Source: Eledone cirrhosa (taxonomy: Eukaryota). From it: 64,000 nt of DNA. The DNA lies in assembly GCA_964016885.1 (NCBI GenBank), contig OZ024743.1, forward strand, positions 150,908,001-150,972,000, written 5' to 3'. Below are positions 39,005 through 50,185 of the stretch, in pieces. The position numbers and the translations under genes were made by a program. Positions within the stretch are counted from its first letter, which is position 1. Every line of letters begins with the position of its first letter. The notes under the pieces were generated by a model. That model worked only from the letters and a program-made list of their open reading frames with translations, was not told the DNA's origin and did no database searches.

Positions 39005-39675
39005 CTTCCTTTTCTTCTTTGCCCACTTATTCCTGAGAGGCTCTTGGGAGCAGAGTCGTCAAACACTCCTTCCAGTGGGTTGTACCAGAAGCAAATGTCT
39101 CCAATTAATCAGACTGGATCCCCAAGCAAGACCAACCAAGCTCATGGATGTTATCCAACCATTTTGTGCAGGGTCTACTCCTAGGTCTCCTGCCAGTTAG
39201 TTTTGCTCATAAAATCTGTCCAGTGATTCTTTCCTGAGACATTCTAACCACATGCCCATGATATCGGAGCTGTGAATTCTTAATTTGGAGTAGCAGCATC
39301 TCTACCTAGAGTGGCTCTTTGATCTCTGAACTACGCACTCTATCAAGTAACGTTACTCCAACGACCCTTCGGAGGAACCCCATTTTTGCCACTTGTATTC
39401 GTGATCATATTCTTTTGGTCATTACCCAAGATTCATGACGATGGGTAAGGATTTGCACGAATACCGAATTGAAAATAGCGAGTTTGACTTTTACACCTAC
39501 CTCTCTTCTTCTGATTACCAAATGCTGAAGCTGGTACATTACTGTACCAGTACCTGCAATTTTTGCACATAATTCAACCACCTGTCTTCCATCACTCATG
39601 AACATGGCCCCAAGATACTTGAATTTCTTCACCTGCTTCAGTGGAATTCCATTCACATGTAGAGTGCACTGTGCA
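39005..39675 (-). mobile_element. RTE family B 3' fragment
   Basis: ORF 39405..39656 reads NGIPLKQVKKFKYLG...ILTHRHESWVMT and aligns with 26150-26810. Confidence 0.9.
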
Positions 39676-41387
39676 ATTTAATTTTCATGTATAAGAGAAA
39701 ATCTGAGTGTAAGAGAAATCAGATGTAGTGAGCTTTGGATGAGTATGGATGAGAAATGCTGAGTGATGAAGTGCCAGGTGATGTCAATAGAAGGCCACTG
39801 AGGTAGAGGAAGACTGATAAAAAACCTTATCAGAGGTGGATAGAGCTGATCTCAAAATGCTGAACCTCACATAGATGAGAAAGGAATGCTGTGAATGGCA
39901 AGATATTAATGGGAACATTTACATCAGCGGAAATGTTTAAATTTACTGATCCTTGTCAGAAAATCATTGACAACACAATCATTTTAGATCAATAAACATA
40001 GGATTTTAACTACAGAAAATTGGTTACAAATATCTTTTGGTGAACAATTTGCATAATTTGACTTGAAATATGGAAGTAACTAAAATATACCAATAGTGTG
40101 AATTGAGATAAATCTTAATTCATGCTTTTAGCTAAAGTGAATTGGCAATAGCCAAGGAAAAGAGGTAATTTCAATAAATCAAGAAATTAATGTTAAAAAT
40201 TTAATTCTCATACTTAAGGGAAAATGTGTTTATTGATCCAGCATGTTTGTGTTGTCTATATGCTGACAAGGTCCAATAAGATGAAAACATGCTGTTTGCT
40301 GCCATTCGTCCTCCCCACTAACAATAATCAAATCTTACCTCAAACAGGAGTATTGTATTTTAAAAGTCAACCTTTAATTTATTGAAATTAAAATGAATGT
40401 TAAATGATGATGATGATTTCTTCATGAACTGCTAACAAATGTTGCAAGATTGTTTTTTTCCTCCAACTAAGAAAATTTCAATTCATTGAGAATGTTTTGC
40501 ATATGTCAACTTGATTTATTGATATGATGATCCATATGAAGTTATTTGAATTTCGTTTGTAATGCATAAACATTGACCAATATAATTACACCTTCAGACA
40601 AAAAGAAGGATCATAACATGTATTTGAAATATTTCTTATCAAAGGACTCTTGTTTCATGCAAATGAATGATATAAGCTCAGACATGTCAATGAGGAAGGA
40701 ATTTTATTCCAAAAGGTCTTATAACAATGGATTATTTTACCAAAATAAGTTGAATGATTTCTTTATTAGCAATAAGGACTTGCCCAAAGAAATACAGTAA
40801 ACATTATAAATATAGGATTTACAAAATGTTGGGGCTGGACAGGCAAATATATTTAAAAAATAAGGGTAGGGGCGATGACGATACACAATGTAACAACTGC
40901 AAATATTTTAAGGCCACCTTCCCTGCTGAAAGCACAACCTTCACTACTGTTCATATCTAAGGCCCACCCCAGGCCCAGGAATATCTGCACCTCCAGATTC
41001 AGAACTTTTTGAAACAGCACTGCCATCCATTCCAAGCCAACAAAGTGATGCTTAGATATGAAAGTCATGAAAAAGGTGTGCTAGTGAACTTGAATTGGAT
41101 ATGCTGGTCTTGCTGTCATGTCTATAGCTCATGACCTTGCTTTCACAGCAACTCCAGGTCATATACTACTCTTATAGCTACCCTGTTGGCAGAAATAAGG
41201 GAGGAGAAAAAATGGGGTAATCTACTTACACTGCTATGTCATATATATATATATCATAATCATTATCATCAATCTTCCTTGATAGCAAGTGAAAACACAT
41301 CACATGTCACAATGGATGTGTTTCTTATTGAGCCATATCAACAACTTTATCATTTTTCTTGGGTAACCTCTGCTTAAATGCAAAATA

Positions 41388-41466
41388 CTGTCTGATGAAG
41401 CCATGCCAGCTTAAGTTATGATTACATAGCAACAACATGTTGGCATTGTATAAATGTGTATAACAG
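41388..41466 (+). ncRNA. Decayed type I hammerhead-like motif in a probable PLE tail (~41240-41515)
   Basis: CTGT-CTGATGA-(ATGCCAGC...GTTGGCAT stem)-TAAA-TGTGTA-TA-ACAG, with GAAA mutated to TAAA. It is followed by AATAAA and (TA)n. Confidence 0.45.
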
Positions 41467-41580
41467 AATAAATTTAATTATGTAATGACACAACACTTCC
41501 TTAATGTTTATTCATATATATATATATATATATATACCATGATATTAAATAAAAGGAAACTATATTTATAAAACCATATT

Positions 41581-41645
41581 TATTTTATTATATATATTTC
41601 AAGGGCAACCAAGACAACCTTGGTGCGCTTTCATCAGATAAAATA
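41581..41645 (-). ncRNA. Type I hammerhead ribozyme (minimal, palindromic stem III), copy 1
   Basis: Exact reverse complement of 42388-42452. Confidence 0.85.
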
Positions 41646-42387
41646 TAAAGTTTGTTTTATAAATAAAGACGTATCCATGAAAAACAAACCTTATCGGTTG
41701 GAAATTCACTGGATAGTGGAAACATATTAAGGATTATTCAAACTTATGTGTGAATATGCAAATGAATGTGTAAATGATTGAAAAAACACCGTTTATTTAA
41801 ATGACACCGGAGAAAGATGGGGAAGAAAGAGAGAGAGGAAAAAAAAGAGAGAGAGAAAAGATATTAATATTACAAGATAGGTAGAGAGAAGAAATTTACA
41901 AGAGGATGAATAGAACTCATGTAACGTAAATATGGGGAATAAATTTTAAGTTTATATCTACTAATGGTACGTATATTTACTATTATTTAGTTGTTAGAAT
42001 TCTTTTCTAATATAATATTTAGTGTTATAAGTAGATAGAAAAAATATATATAAAATTTAGATAGAAAAATATATGGAAAAATAAATATAAACTTAAAATT
42101 TATTCCCCATATTTATGTTACATGAGTTCTATTCATCCTCTTGTAAATTTCTTCTCTCTACCTATCTCGTAATATTAATATCTTTTTCTGTCTCTCTTTT
42201 TTTTTCCCTCCCTCTTTCTTCCCCCAGTGTCATTTAAATAAACGGTTGTTTTATCAATTATTTACACATTCATTTGCATATTCACACATAAGTTTGAATA
42301 ATCCTTAAATGTTTCCACTATCCAGTGAATTTCCAACCGTAAGGTTTGTTTTTCATGGGTACGTCTTTATTTATAAAACAAACTTTG

Positions 42388-42452
42388 TATTTTATCTGAT
42401 GAAAGCGCACCAAGGTTGTCTTGGTTGCCCTTGAAATATATATAATAAAATA
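42388..42452 (+). ncRNA. Type I hammerhead ribozyme (minimal, palindromic stem III), copy 2
   Basis: TATTTTAT-CTGATGA-AAGCGCACCAAG-gttgt-CTTGGTTGCCCTT-GAAA-TATATA-TA-ATAAAATA. It has an 8-bp stem I, an intact core, a long stem II and an AUA triplet. Predicted cut after 42444. Confidence 0.85.
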
Positions 42453-42607
42453 AATATGGTTTTATAAATATAGTTTCCATTTATTTAATATCATGGAATA
42501 TTTACTCCAGAAACTTGTTGAGTGCTCTAAATCAGTTATAAACATTTATGTTTGTCGGACTTCCAACAAATTAAATAAAATTTCTACATATATATATATA
42601 TATATAC

Positions 42608-42653
<46 letters not shown>

Positions 42654-42657
<4 letters not shown>

Positions 42658-42842
42658 TGTTGCCACATTTGGCACAAGGCCAGCAATTACCCAGTACATT
42701 AATGGTACTTTATTTTATCGACCCTGTAAGGATGAAAGGCAAAGTTAACCTCGGCGGGAATTGAACTCAGATCATAAAGGGACGTAACTATGCTGGAAAG
42801 CATGGCGTCCGACTCTCTACCTATACTGCCAATCCACCGCCC
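42654..42842 (-). mobile_element. Young SINE (subfamily A) inserted within (TAA)n
   Basis: Matches 13203-13395, with (TAA)n on both sides (42614-42657, 42843-42857). Confidence 0.92.
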
Positions 42843-42857
42843 TAATAATAATAATAA

Positions 42858-43112
42858 TGGGTTTACACAAAGTAAGACATTAAGGACATTACAATACAGG
42901 ACAATACAAGACGGTACAAATGGGCATTTCTGCGTGTAAAAAAAACAAAAACAGGATGTAACAAAAAAGGTACAATGAAAAATTCCCCAATAGGGGGGAG
43001 ACTTCCGAGGGCCATCATGGAGACAGCCCATTAAAAAAAAGCCACGGTGATCCTGACCACCCGGGCAAGTGCCCTCTCCCAGTTTTCCACCTTCAATTTA
43101 CAGGCACATACT
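42858..43112 (-). mobile_element. Probable LINE 3' UTR fragment (L1/Tx1-like, from memory of octopus repeats)
   Basis: A GC/CpG-richer segment, T-rich on the minus strand, ending in (ATT)n. No coding motif seen. Confidence 0.35.
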
Positions 43113-43290
43113 TAATTGTTTCTACTTTTGGCACAAGGCCAGCAATTACCCAGTACATTACTTGTACTTTATTTTATCTACCCCGTAAGGATGAAAGGCA
43201 AAGTTAACCTCGGCGGGATTTGAACTCAGAATCGAAAGGGCCATAACTCTTTGCATCAAAGCATGGCGTCCGACCCTCTACCGATGCCGA
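43113..43290 (-). mobile_element. Young SINE (subfamily B), head slightly truncated
   Basis: Matches 53667-53856, including the diagnostic GCTTTGA.GCA.AGAGTTA.GGCCCTT segment. Confidence 0.92.
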
Positions 43291-43310
43291 CGACAACAAC
43301 AACAACAACA

Positions 43311-44625
43311 ACTTACAGTTTCAATGTCATCAACTGGTCAAGCACAGAGATCCATAGGTTCAATACAAAAATTAGAAAATTCTTAACCTTGCACAAAATG
43401 TATCACCCTAAGGTAAATAGAATATATCTCCCTAGGAAAGAAGGAGGATGTGGATTAATCCAGTTAGATATTGCTTTGAAAACTGCAACAATTGGATTAT
43501 CTACATATCTAAGGGAGGCACATGATTGGATGATCAAACTCGTTTTGAAACATGAAAGCATCAAAAGATCATACTCAATTACAAAATATGCACAAAGATA
43601 CAGTAATGAACTACAAATTTCAGAAGTTCCCTTTACTGCTGAAATGAAAAACAGAATAAGCAAAGCAAGTAAAAGTAACTACAAAGAAAGAACTGCTACA
43701 GAAACTGACTAAGAAATGGCAAGAAAAGCCTCTGTATGGAAAATACCCAGAAAGAGCTAACAATCCTGATGTCGACAAAACTTTAACCCATCAGTGTTGG
43801 CATCCTCTGGACTAAAATCGGAGACTGAAAGAGTAATTATATCAGAACAAGATCAGTGTCTGCCAACAAAAAGTTATCAAGCCAACATCATAAAAAATGG
43901 ATACAACCCATCATGCCATGTATATAAAAAACAACCAGAGACCATTGATCATATAATTTCAATGTGCAGTCCTATAGCTCCAACCGAATACCTAAACAGG
44001 CATGACACAGCTGCACAATGCATACATTGGGTAATGTGTAAGCATTTTGAGCTGCCCCATCAAAAGAATTGGTGGGAGCATCAATCACCTCCCATGCTTG
44101 AAAAAGATCACATCTCAATTTTATGGAACTTTAGCATCCAAACAGACCGAAAAATAGATGCAAATACTGATATAATACTGAAGGACTTTAAAAAGAGGGT
44201 ATGCCTGCTAATTGATATGTCCGTTCCAATAGACAAGAATGTATCTATAAAAACATTTGAAAAATTGAGCAAGTATAAAGACGTGGAGATAGAGATTGGA
44301 AAAATGTGGAAGTTGAAAACTAAAACAATACCAGTGGTTGTAGGCGCTCTAGGAATGATACCTAAGGGGTCTAATGATTACTTATCCCAAATCCCAGGAA
44401 ACCCACATATAGAAGAAATACAAAAGATAGTACTAATGGGAACTGCCCATATACTAAGGAAGATTCTTTCAATATAAGTACATCACAAGTCTAAACACCT
44501 AAAGATGCATGTGTGTGTATGTGTGTTCTTTCTTGAACATGGCTGACCTTGTTGTCTCTTGAGGTCACTGGTTGTGACTTGATGATAACTCGTATGAAAA
44601 TAAAGCAAGATAAATGAAAAAATAA
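43311..44625 (+). mobile_element. R4/Dong-clade non-LTR retrotransposon 3' fragment (thumb, zinc knuckle, restriction-like endonuclease)
   Basis: YLPRKEGGCGL, QDQCLPT, ETIDHIISMC, RHD, ILWNFSIQTDR..AN.DII, LIDMSVP, EKLSKYKD and IPVVVGALG. Flanked by (ACA)n and (ATA)n/(TGA)n. Confidence 0.92.
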
Positions 44626-47600
44626 TAATAATAATGATGATGACGATGATGATGATAAAAATAATAACAATAACAATAATGTGTAGGAACGAGGTATCAA
44701 TATAGTATCAGTACATTTATTCTTATGGGATGCTTGCTTGTTTCACAATCAATCAACTCAAAGTATGATTGGTATCGATATAGCTCAACTCTGGAATCGA
44801 TAGCTCATCAGATTTGTGGATCCCTTAATATATATATATATATAAAGTAACTCCAAATAAGAACTCATATAGGTTGCAGGGGACTTATTAGTCATCCCAC
44901 GTGTAACAATGTTTTGAGGTGTCAATGGAGTGATAAAAGGAATCCAGTACATTTTAAGTGGTTGGTGATAGGAAACACATCCAACCATAGAATCAAGCAT
45001 GATGTGTGTACTACAAGCTGCACTGTGTGATATTTGTCTCTGAGATTAGTATGTCTGAATAAGAATTGATACAGGGTTGAAGGAAATCTTGAGTTCTCCC
45101 ACCTTTCTAGTGTCAGTGGCATGATAAAATTTCACATAGCCTTCCCTAAAAGACATACATAACAACAAAGTCAGTCATTGTTCTCTTTTACTGTGTGCCA
45201 GATGATGTAAGCTGCAATGAGTAGTAAGACTATCCCTACAAATCAGCATTAAAAGAAAAAAAGAGTAAATTAATAAGGGTAACGATGGTAACAATGACAA
45301 TGATAACAATGATAATAATGGTACTGACAACAATGAGGATGACAATAATGTGAAAAACCAAATCAAACTAGATCCTCATATATTTTCACAAAATGCCTTG
45401 TTCCTTACTACACCAGGTAGGGATGATATATATCGCTTACAAACATCCCTCAATAACATCACCATCAATAGTTCTCTTCTTTTTTGATTCAGGTTATCAA
45501 TTTCAGGTCTACCACTCTTAATATCAGCACAATGAAGGTAGAAACAAAGAGGTAGATGTAATTATGATGTTGGAAGTAAACAGAAGTATGTTGCATTGAA
45601 AAGGTGGGATGGAGCAATGATTTTACCTGACTCAACTCTGACAATAAATATAAATAGACACTTCAATACTAAATTTTAAAAATCAGTTAGTTGGTTATTT
45701 ACCAGTCCAGTGAATATAAGAGCTAAATTAAGTGTTGCACTTAAATCCTTGCCAGAAATGGAAAATAAAAGACTTGCTAATGTTTTGTACAATGAGAGAA
45801 AGGGAAAATAAATATTGTTAATAAATGTTTGTTTGGATCAGAAGGTAATTAAGAAGTGTGTTCAAAATTATACAAATACATCTATTCTCAGCAACAGCCC
45901 TCTACCCCACCCACACCAAAATGTTACAGAATTATTACTAAAGGTTGTTAAAGAATGTAAATAGAATATATTTTCCCTAAATGGAATCAAAAGAAAATCT
46001 AGTATTTAATACAAACATGGTTAGTAAAATTAGTACAATTTATTAAAATGTTTTCATCTTAAAACAAGTTTTTGCATAACAGTCATTTGTACCAGATGAA
46101 TGTATAGCATGGTGTGTGTGTTAACATTTTAAAACAACTTCTTACTTTTATTTTATTTAAAGTATATTCATCAAAATTTAAAGAAATACACATTAATACA
46201 TTTTATTTTATTGTGGTGGGTTGTTTATGTAATTTTATTGTATTCCATTTTGATAAAAATTTCATATAAATGTTAAATTAGGAGATAAAAGTTATAAATG
46301 TTGATTGAAATAGTAATGCAACTATTATATGAATAAATTTCAATTAGGAAAAATCATTTGATAGTTTCTGATTATGCATTAATAAAATTTATTTTATGAA
46401 AATATAATACCATTTATATTTATATTTTAATGTTTAAAGTGCACATTGTCCTTTCTATATCAGGTTGTGATTGTCCTTTCTATATCCATATTTGACCCTA
46501 ATAAAGCATATAACTGAATGCATTATTCTCTTTTCACTCATACAACATTTTTCCAAATCAAGTTGTGTTGCTTTTGTAAATTGATTCATTTGGTCCTTGC
46601 AATCAATTATCCTTCAGTCAAATAGATTACTATTTTAAAAGTAAATAATGAGAGAGGAAAATAAAAATTACTCTTGTATTTCTACTTAAACGTGCATGAA
46701 AGGAAAGTTTAAAATTTTGAAGATCTTAAAATATTTTGAACAACTTAATAATGGAAAATCAAGTTAACAAGTTATTGAACATTCATGAAAAACAAAAGTG
46801 TTGCACTTAAATCACTATAGAATAGAAAATACATGTAATTACTATGGAGTACTTCAAACTATAACAGGTATACAGAAAATTATATGATCAGTAATTAATT
46901 ATTGAAAACAAACACAAACATAAAAACAAACTATTTTTAAAAATAGTTTGTTATAACTGTCATGAACAACCACATTGTTACAAATTATTATATTAACTAA
47001 TTATTTCTTATTACGATACATCTGTTCCAATTACATACATTTGAAATAAATTACATTTTATGTAATAGAAAAATATTGTTTTAATTGAAAATATATTCTT
47101 GTTGACGTGCATACTTTGCTAGAAATATGTTTTATAAAAGAAAATTCTGTAATAGAATGATTCGAAAAGGCAGGGAAATGAGGAAGGAAGACTGTAAAAA
47201 TGCATTTACAAATCAGTATTAAAATTCTTCTTACAATCCCAGACTAAAGTAAAAGAACAGATAGAAGTATACATAAAAGTTAACCAACTATTTAAAAGAA
47301 AACAACAGACAAACTGCAACAGCTGAATTTTTAAAACACCAATAGTGTCACATATAAACCATGACAGCAATGTCAGTAGTGGTATTATTCAACACCTGGT
47401 ATGATAATTATTAGTTCAGGTTTAAAATATGAAACAATGGAAGTGATCAAACATGAGGCTTGAGATTAGCAGATCTTAATAAGTGAAACACCCTAAAAAA
47501 TTTGAAATACATTCATCAGCATGATAGTTATAGATTTTAATCGATATACTAAAAGTAAAATACTCAAGTTAAACAATCTTGACGAAATACCTTTCCTTGA

Positions 47601-48563
47601 ATACTTAAAGGTTATACAGTCTTTCTCTACAACAAACCTCTCTGTAGTTTCACACAAAAAAATGTTATGCTTTCGAATAATATACTATTTAACTAATTAT
47701 TTGTGATAACTATAACTGTTTGAAACAAGTGTACATTATAGGTCAGAGTTTTAATTTTCAAATGCCTAAAATAATATGCTACCCATTTGACACATATCTA
47801 CATATAGATACATATTTAATACAATATAAAACTTCAATTCTTTTACAATTACAATTCACTTCTTTGTTTTACTGACATGTTCTATCCATATCTCATTGTC
47901 AAATGACTAAAAGGAGTAAAAACAATCAGTTTTAAAAATCAGTTTAACAATACAAAAAAAAGGAAAGAAACTTTCATGCTAGAATAGGAAGTATAAATGA
48001 AAGAAAGCAAAAGAAAAATCCTGTTTCTATAGATTTTTTGTTTCACCATCTCAATAAATATCTCATACAATTCTCCAAGGGAATTGGGAAGAAAAGTAGA
48101 CAGTATAACAAACAAATGCAATGCAACAAGCTGACCATTATCTAATGATTGTAACTAGCAAAAGAAAACTAAAAGAATGAATAACTGAGTTTCTGTTGCA
48201 TAAGTTACAGAATGATGTTCATAGCCAAGACAAATCATATTTTCTGCATCTTAAACTTTCACTGATATTTGATATAGTAGATTATAGGATTATTTTAAGT
48301 GACTTATATAATGTGGGTATTATAAACATATGCTTCCAAAGGTTAACAGAAGTTCATATCAGATATATGTAAACAGTCATATTTAAATAGTCATAAATAA
48401 AAGGATCAGTATTTCTACCCATAATATGCAGAAATACTCAAAATTGAAATATTTTCTTTTCAGCCTCTATATTTATGCAGTTCTCATGCAGATGATCATC
48501 TCCCACTGAAAATATTCCTATATAAGACATATGAAATGAACCTGATAATCATTATCATTAAGA

Positions 48564-48750
48564 GGGCAGTGAATTGGCAGTATTGGTAGAGGGTCAGACA
48601 TGCTTTCCAGCGAAGTTACGTCCCTTTACGATCTGAGCTCAAATCCCGCCGAGGTTAACTTTGCCTTTCATCTTTACGGGGTCGATAAAATAAAGTACCA
48701 GTAATGCACTGGGTAATTGCTGGCCTTGTGCCAAAAGTAGAAACAATTAT
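48564..48750 (+). mobile_element. Young SINE (subfamily A), 11-bp TSD
   Basis: TSD ATTATCATTAA at 48551-48561 and 48746-48756. Confidence 0.92.
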
Positions 48751-49044
48751 CATTAATAAATATAAGAATAAGTGCCTTCAACTAAAAACTGTAAAACTAG
48801 AAATAATAGCTTGTCCTTTTAACAAACATAAGTTTATTGTCTAAACTGTCTTCATTGATACTAGAATTTTGAGAAAATACATAAATTTATACCAACAAAT
48901 TGACCAGATAGTCAGTCACTCATTCTCTGCCATAAAGAATCAGACAAACCAAGAATTTCTTTACTCTGGATCCAACTAAAGTTCTAGAGAACTTATTTTT
49001 ATTGGATTAAAAAGCTAAAAAACAATTTTACTTTTACCAATACT

Positions 49045-49535
49045 GCTTTCTTCTTTTTTTTCATCCACTTGTTGTGGGGGCAGAGTCCGCAAACACCCCT
49101 TCCAGAGGGTCTTATCAGAAAAACCGTGTCCAACTGATTTCCAGGTGAGACCAGCTGATCTCATGGATCTTATCCAACCATCTTTCTCATGGTCTACCCC
49201 TAGGTCTCCTGCCAGTTGGTTTAGCCTGTAAAATCTGTCCAGTGAATCTTTCCAGAGACATTCTAACCACATGCCCATGATATCAGAACTGTGATCTTTC
49301 AATTTGGAGTAGTAGCAGCTCTACCTAAAGTGACTCTCTGATCTACATACTCTATTGAGTAACATTACTCCAAAGACCTTTTGAAGGAACCCCATTTCAA
49401 CCACATATTTTATGATCATATTCTTTCGGTCATTACCCAAGATTCATGACTATAGGTAAGGGTTGGCACAAATACCGAATTGAAGACAGTGAGTTTGACC
49501 TTTACACCTACCTCCCTTCCTCTGATTACCAAATG
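49045..49535 (-). mobile_element. RTE family B 3' fragment
   Basis: Aligns with 39005-39525. Confidence 0.88.
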
Positions 49536-49869
49536 CACCAAGGAAGACGGAGAAAACTGTGACAATTATTTTTTTTAATAGGAAAAATCTCCTGCACATA
49601 TCAAAACTTTGGCTCATTTTCTCTTCATTGATTTCTTACTACTAACACTAAAATATCTGTTTCACTCCTTATTCAGTACCAGTTGGAAACAACCATGAGA
49701 GAAATTTAAGAAGTAAACATTAAGAAATAAAGAAACCTATCTTTTTTGCTAATGCTGAATACTATTTTCTAAATATAAGTTACTTTGAGACCCTGTACAA
49801 CTAAACAATATTCAAAAACATTCCTTAGGTGGACAGCATACTATATCATATTTTTATTATTTTCACTAG

Positions 49870-50185
49870 GGAAGGCACATGGCTTAGTAGTTAGAGTATT
49901 CAGCTCATAATCATGTGGTCATGAGTTTGATTTCTGGCAGCATGCTGTATCCTTGAGTAAAACCCTTTATTTCACTTTGGTTCAGTTCACTCAGCTGGCT
50001 AAAGTGTACCTGTAACTCAAAGGCCAACCATGTCTCACAGTGTGTCACACTGAATCTCCCTGAGAACATCATTAAGAGTACACCTGTTCAATCACTTACA
50101 TGTTAATTTCACAAACAGGCTGTTTCATTGTTTGAACAACTAGAACACTCATCATCAGAACCAATGGAGGTTCAACAACAACAAA
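49870..50185 (+). mobile_element. Old tRNA-derived CORE-like SINE
   Basis: A-box-like TGGCTTAGTAG, B-box-like GAGTTTGATTTC, CORE-like TGTATCCTTGAGTAAAACCCTTTA...CACTCAGCTG, and a (CAA)n tail. Confidence 0.6.

Larger units (their letters stand above)
41537..42588. mobile_element. Non-coding foldback element with ~420-bp inverted arms (41537-41959, 42082-42496), bounded by (TA)n; probably PLE pseudo-LTR derived
   Basis: The arms are roughly 95% identical by eye and each carries a hammerhead. The right arm has an extra ~90-nt tail before (TA)n. Confidence 0.85.

Noticed and set aside
44725-44820. Minus-strand CTGATGA...GAAA followed by AATAAA between microsatellites
   Set aside because: It could be another PLE tail, but stems I and III cannot be formed.
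46444-46486. 17-bp local duplication ATTGTCCTTTCTATATC
   Set aside because: A typical slippage or repair micro-duplication with no further structure.
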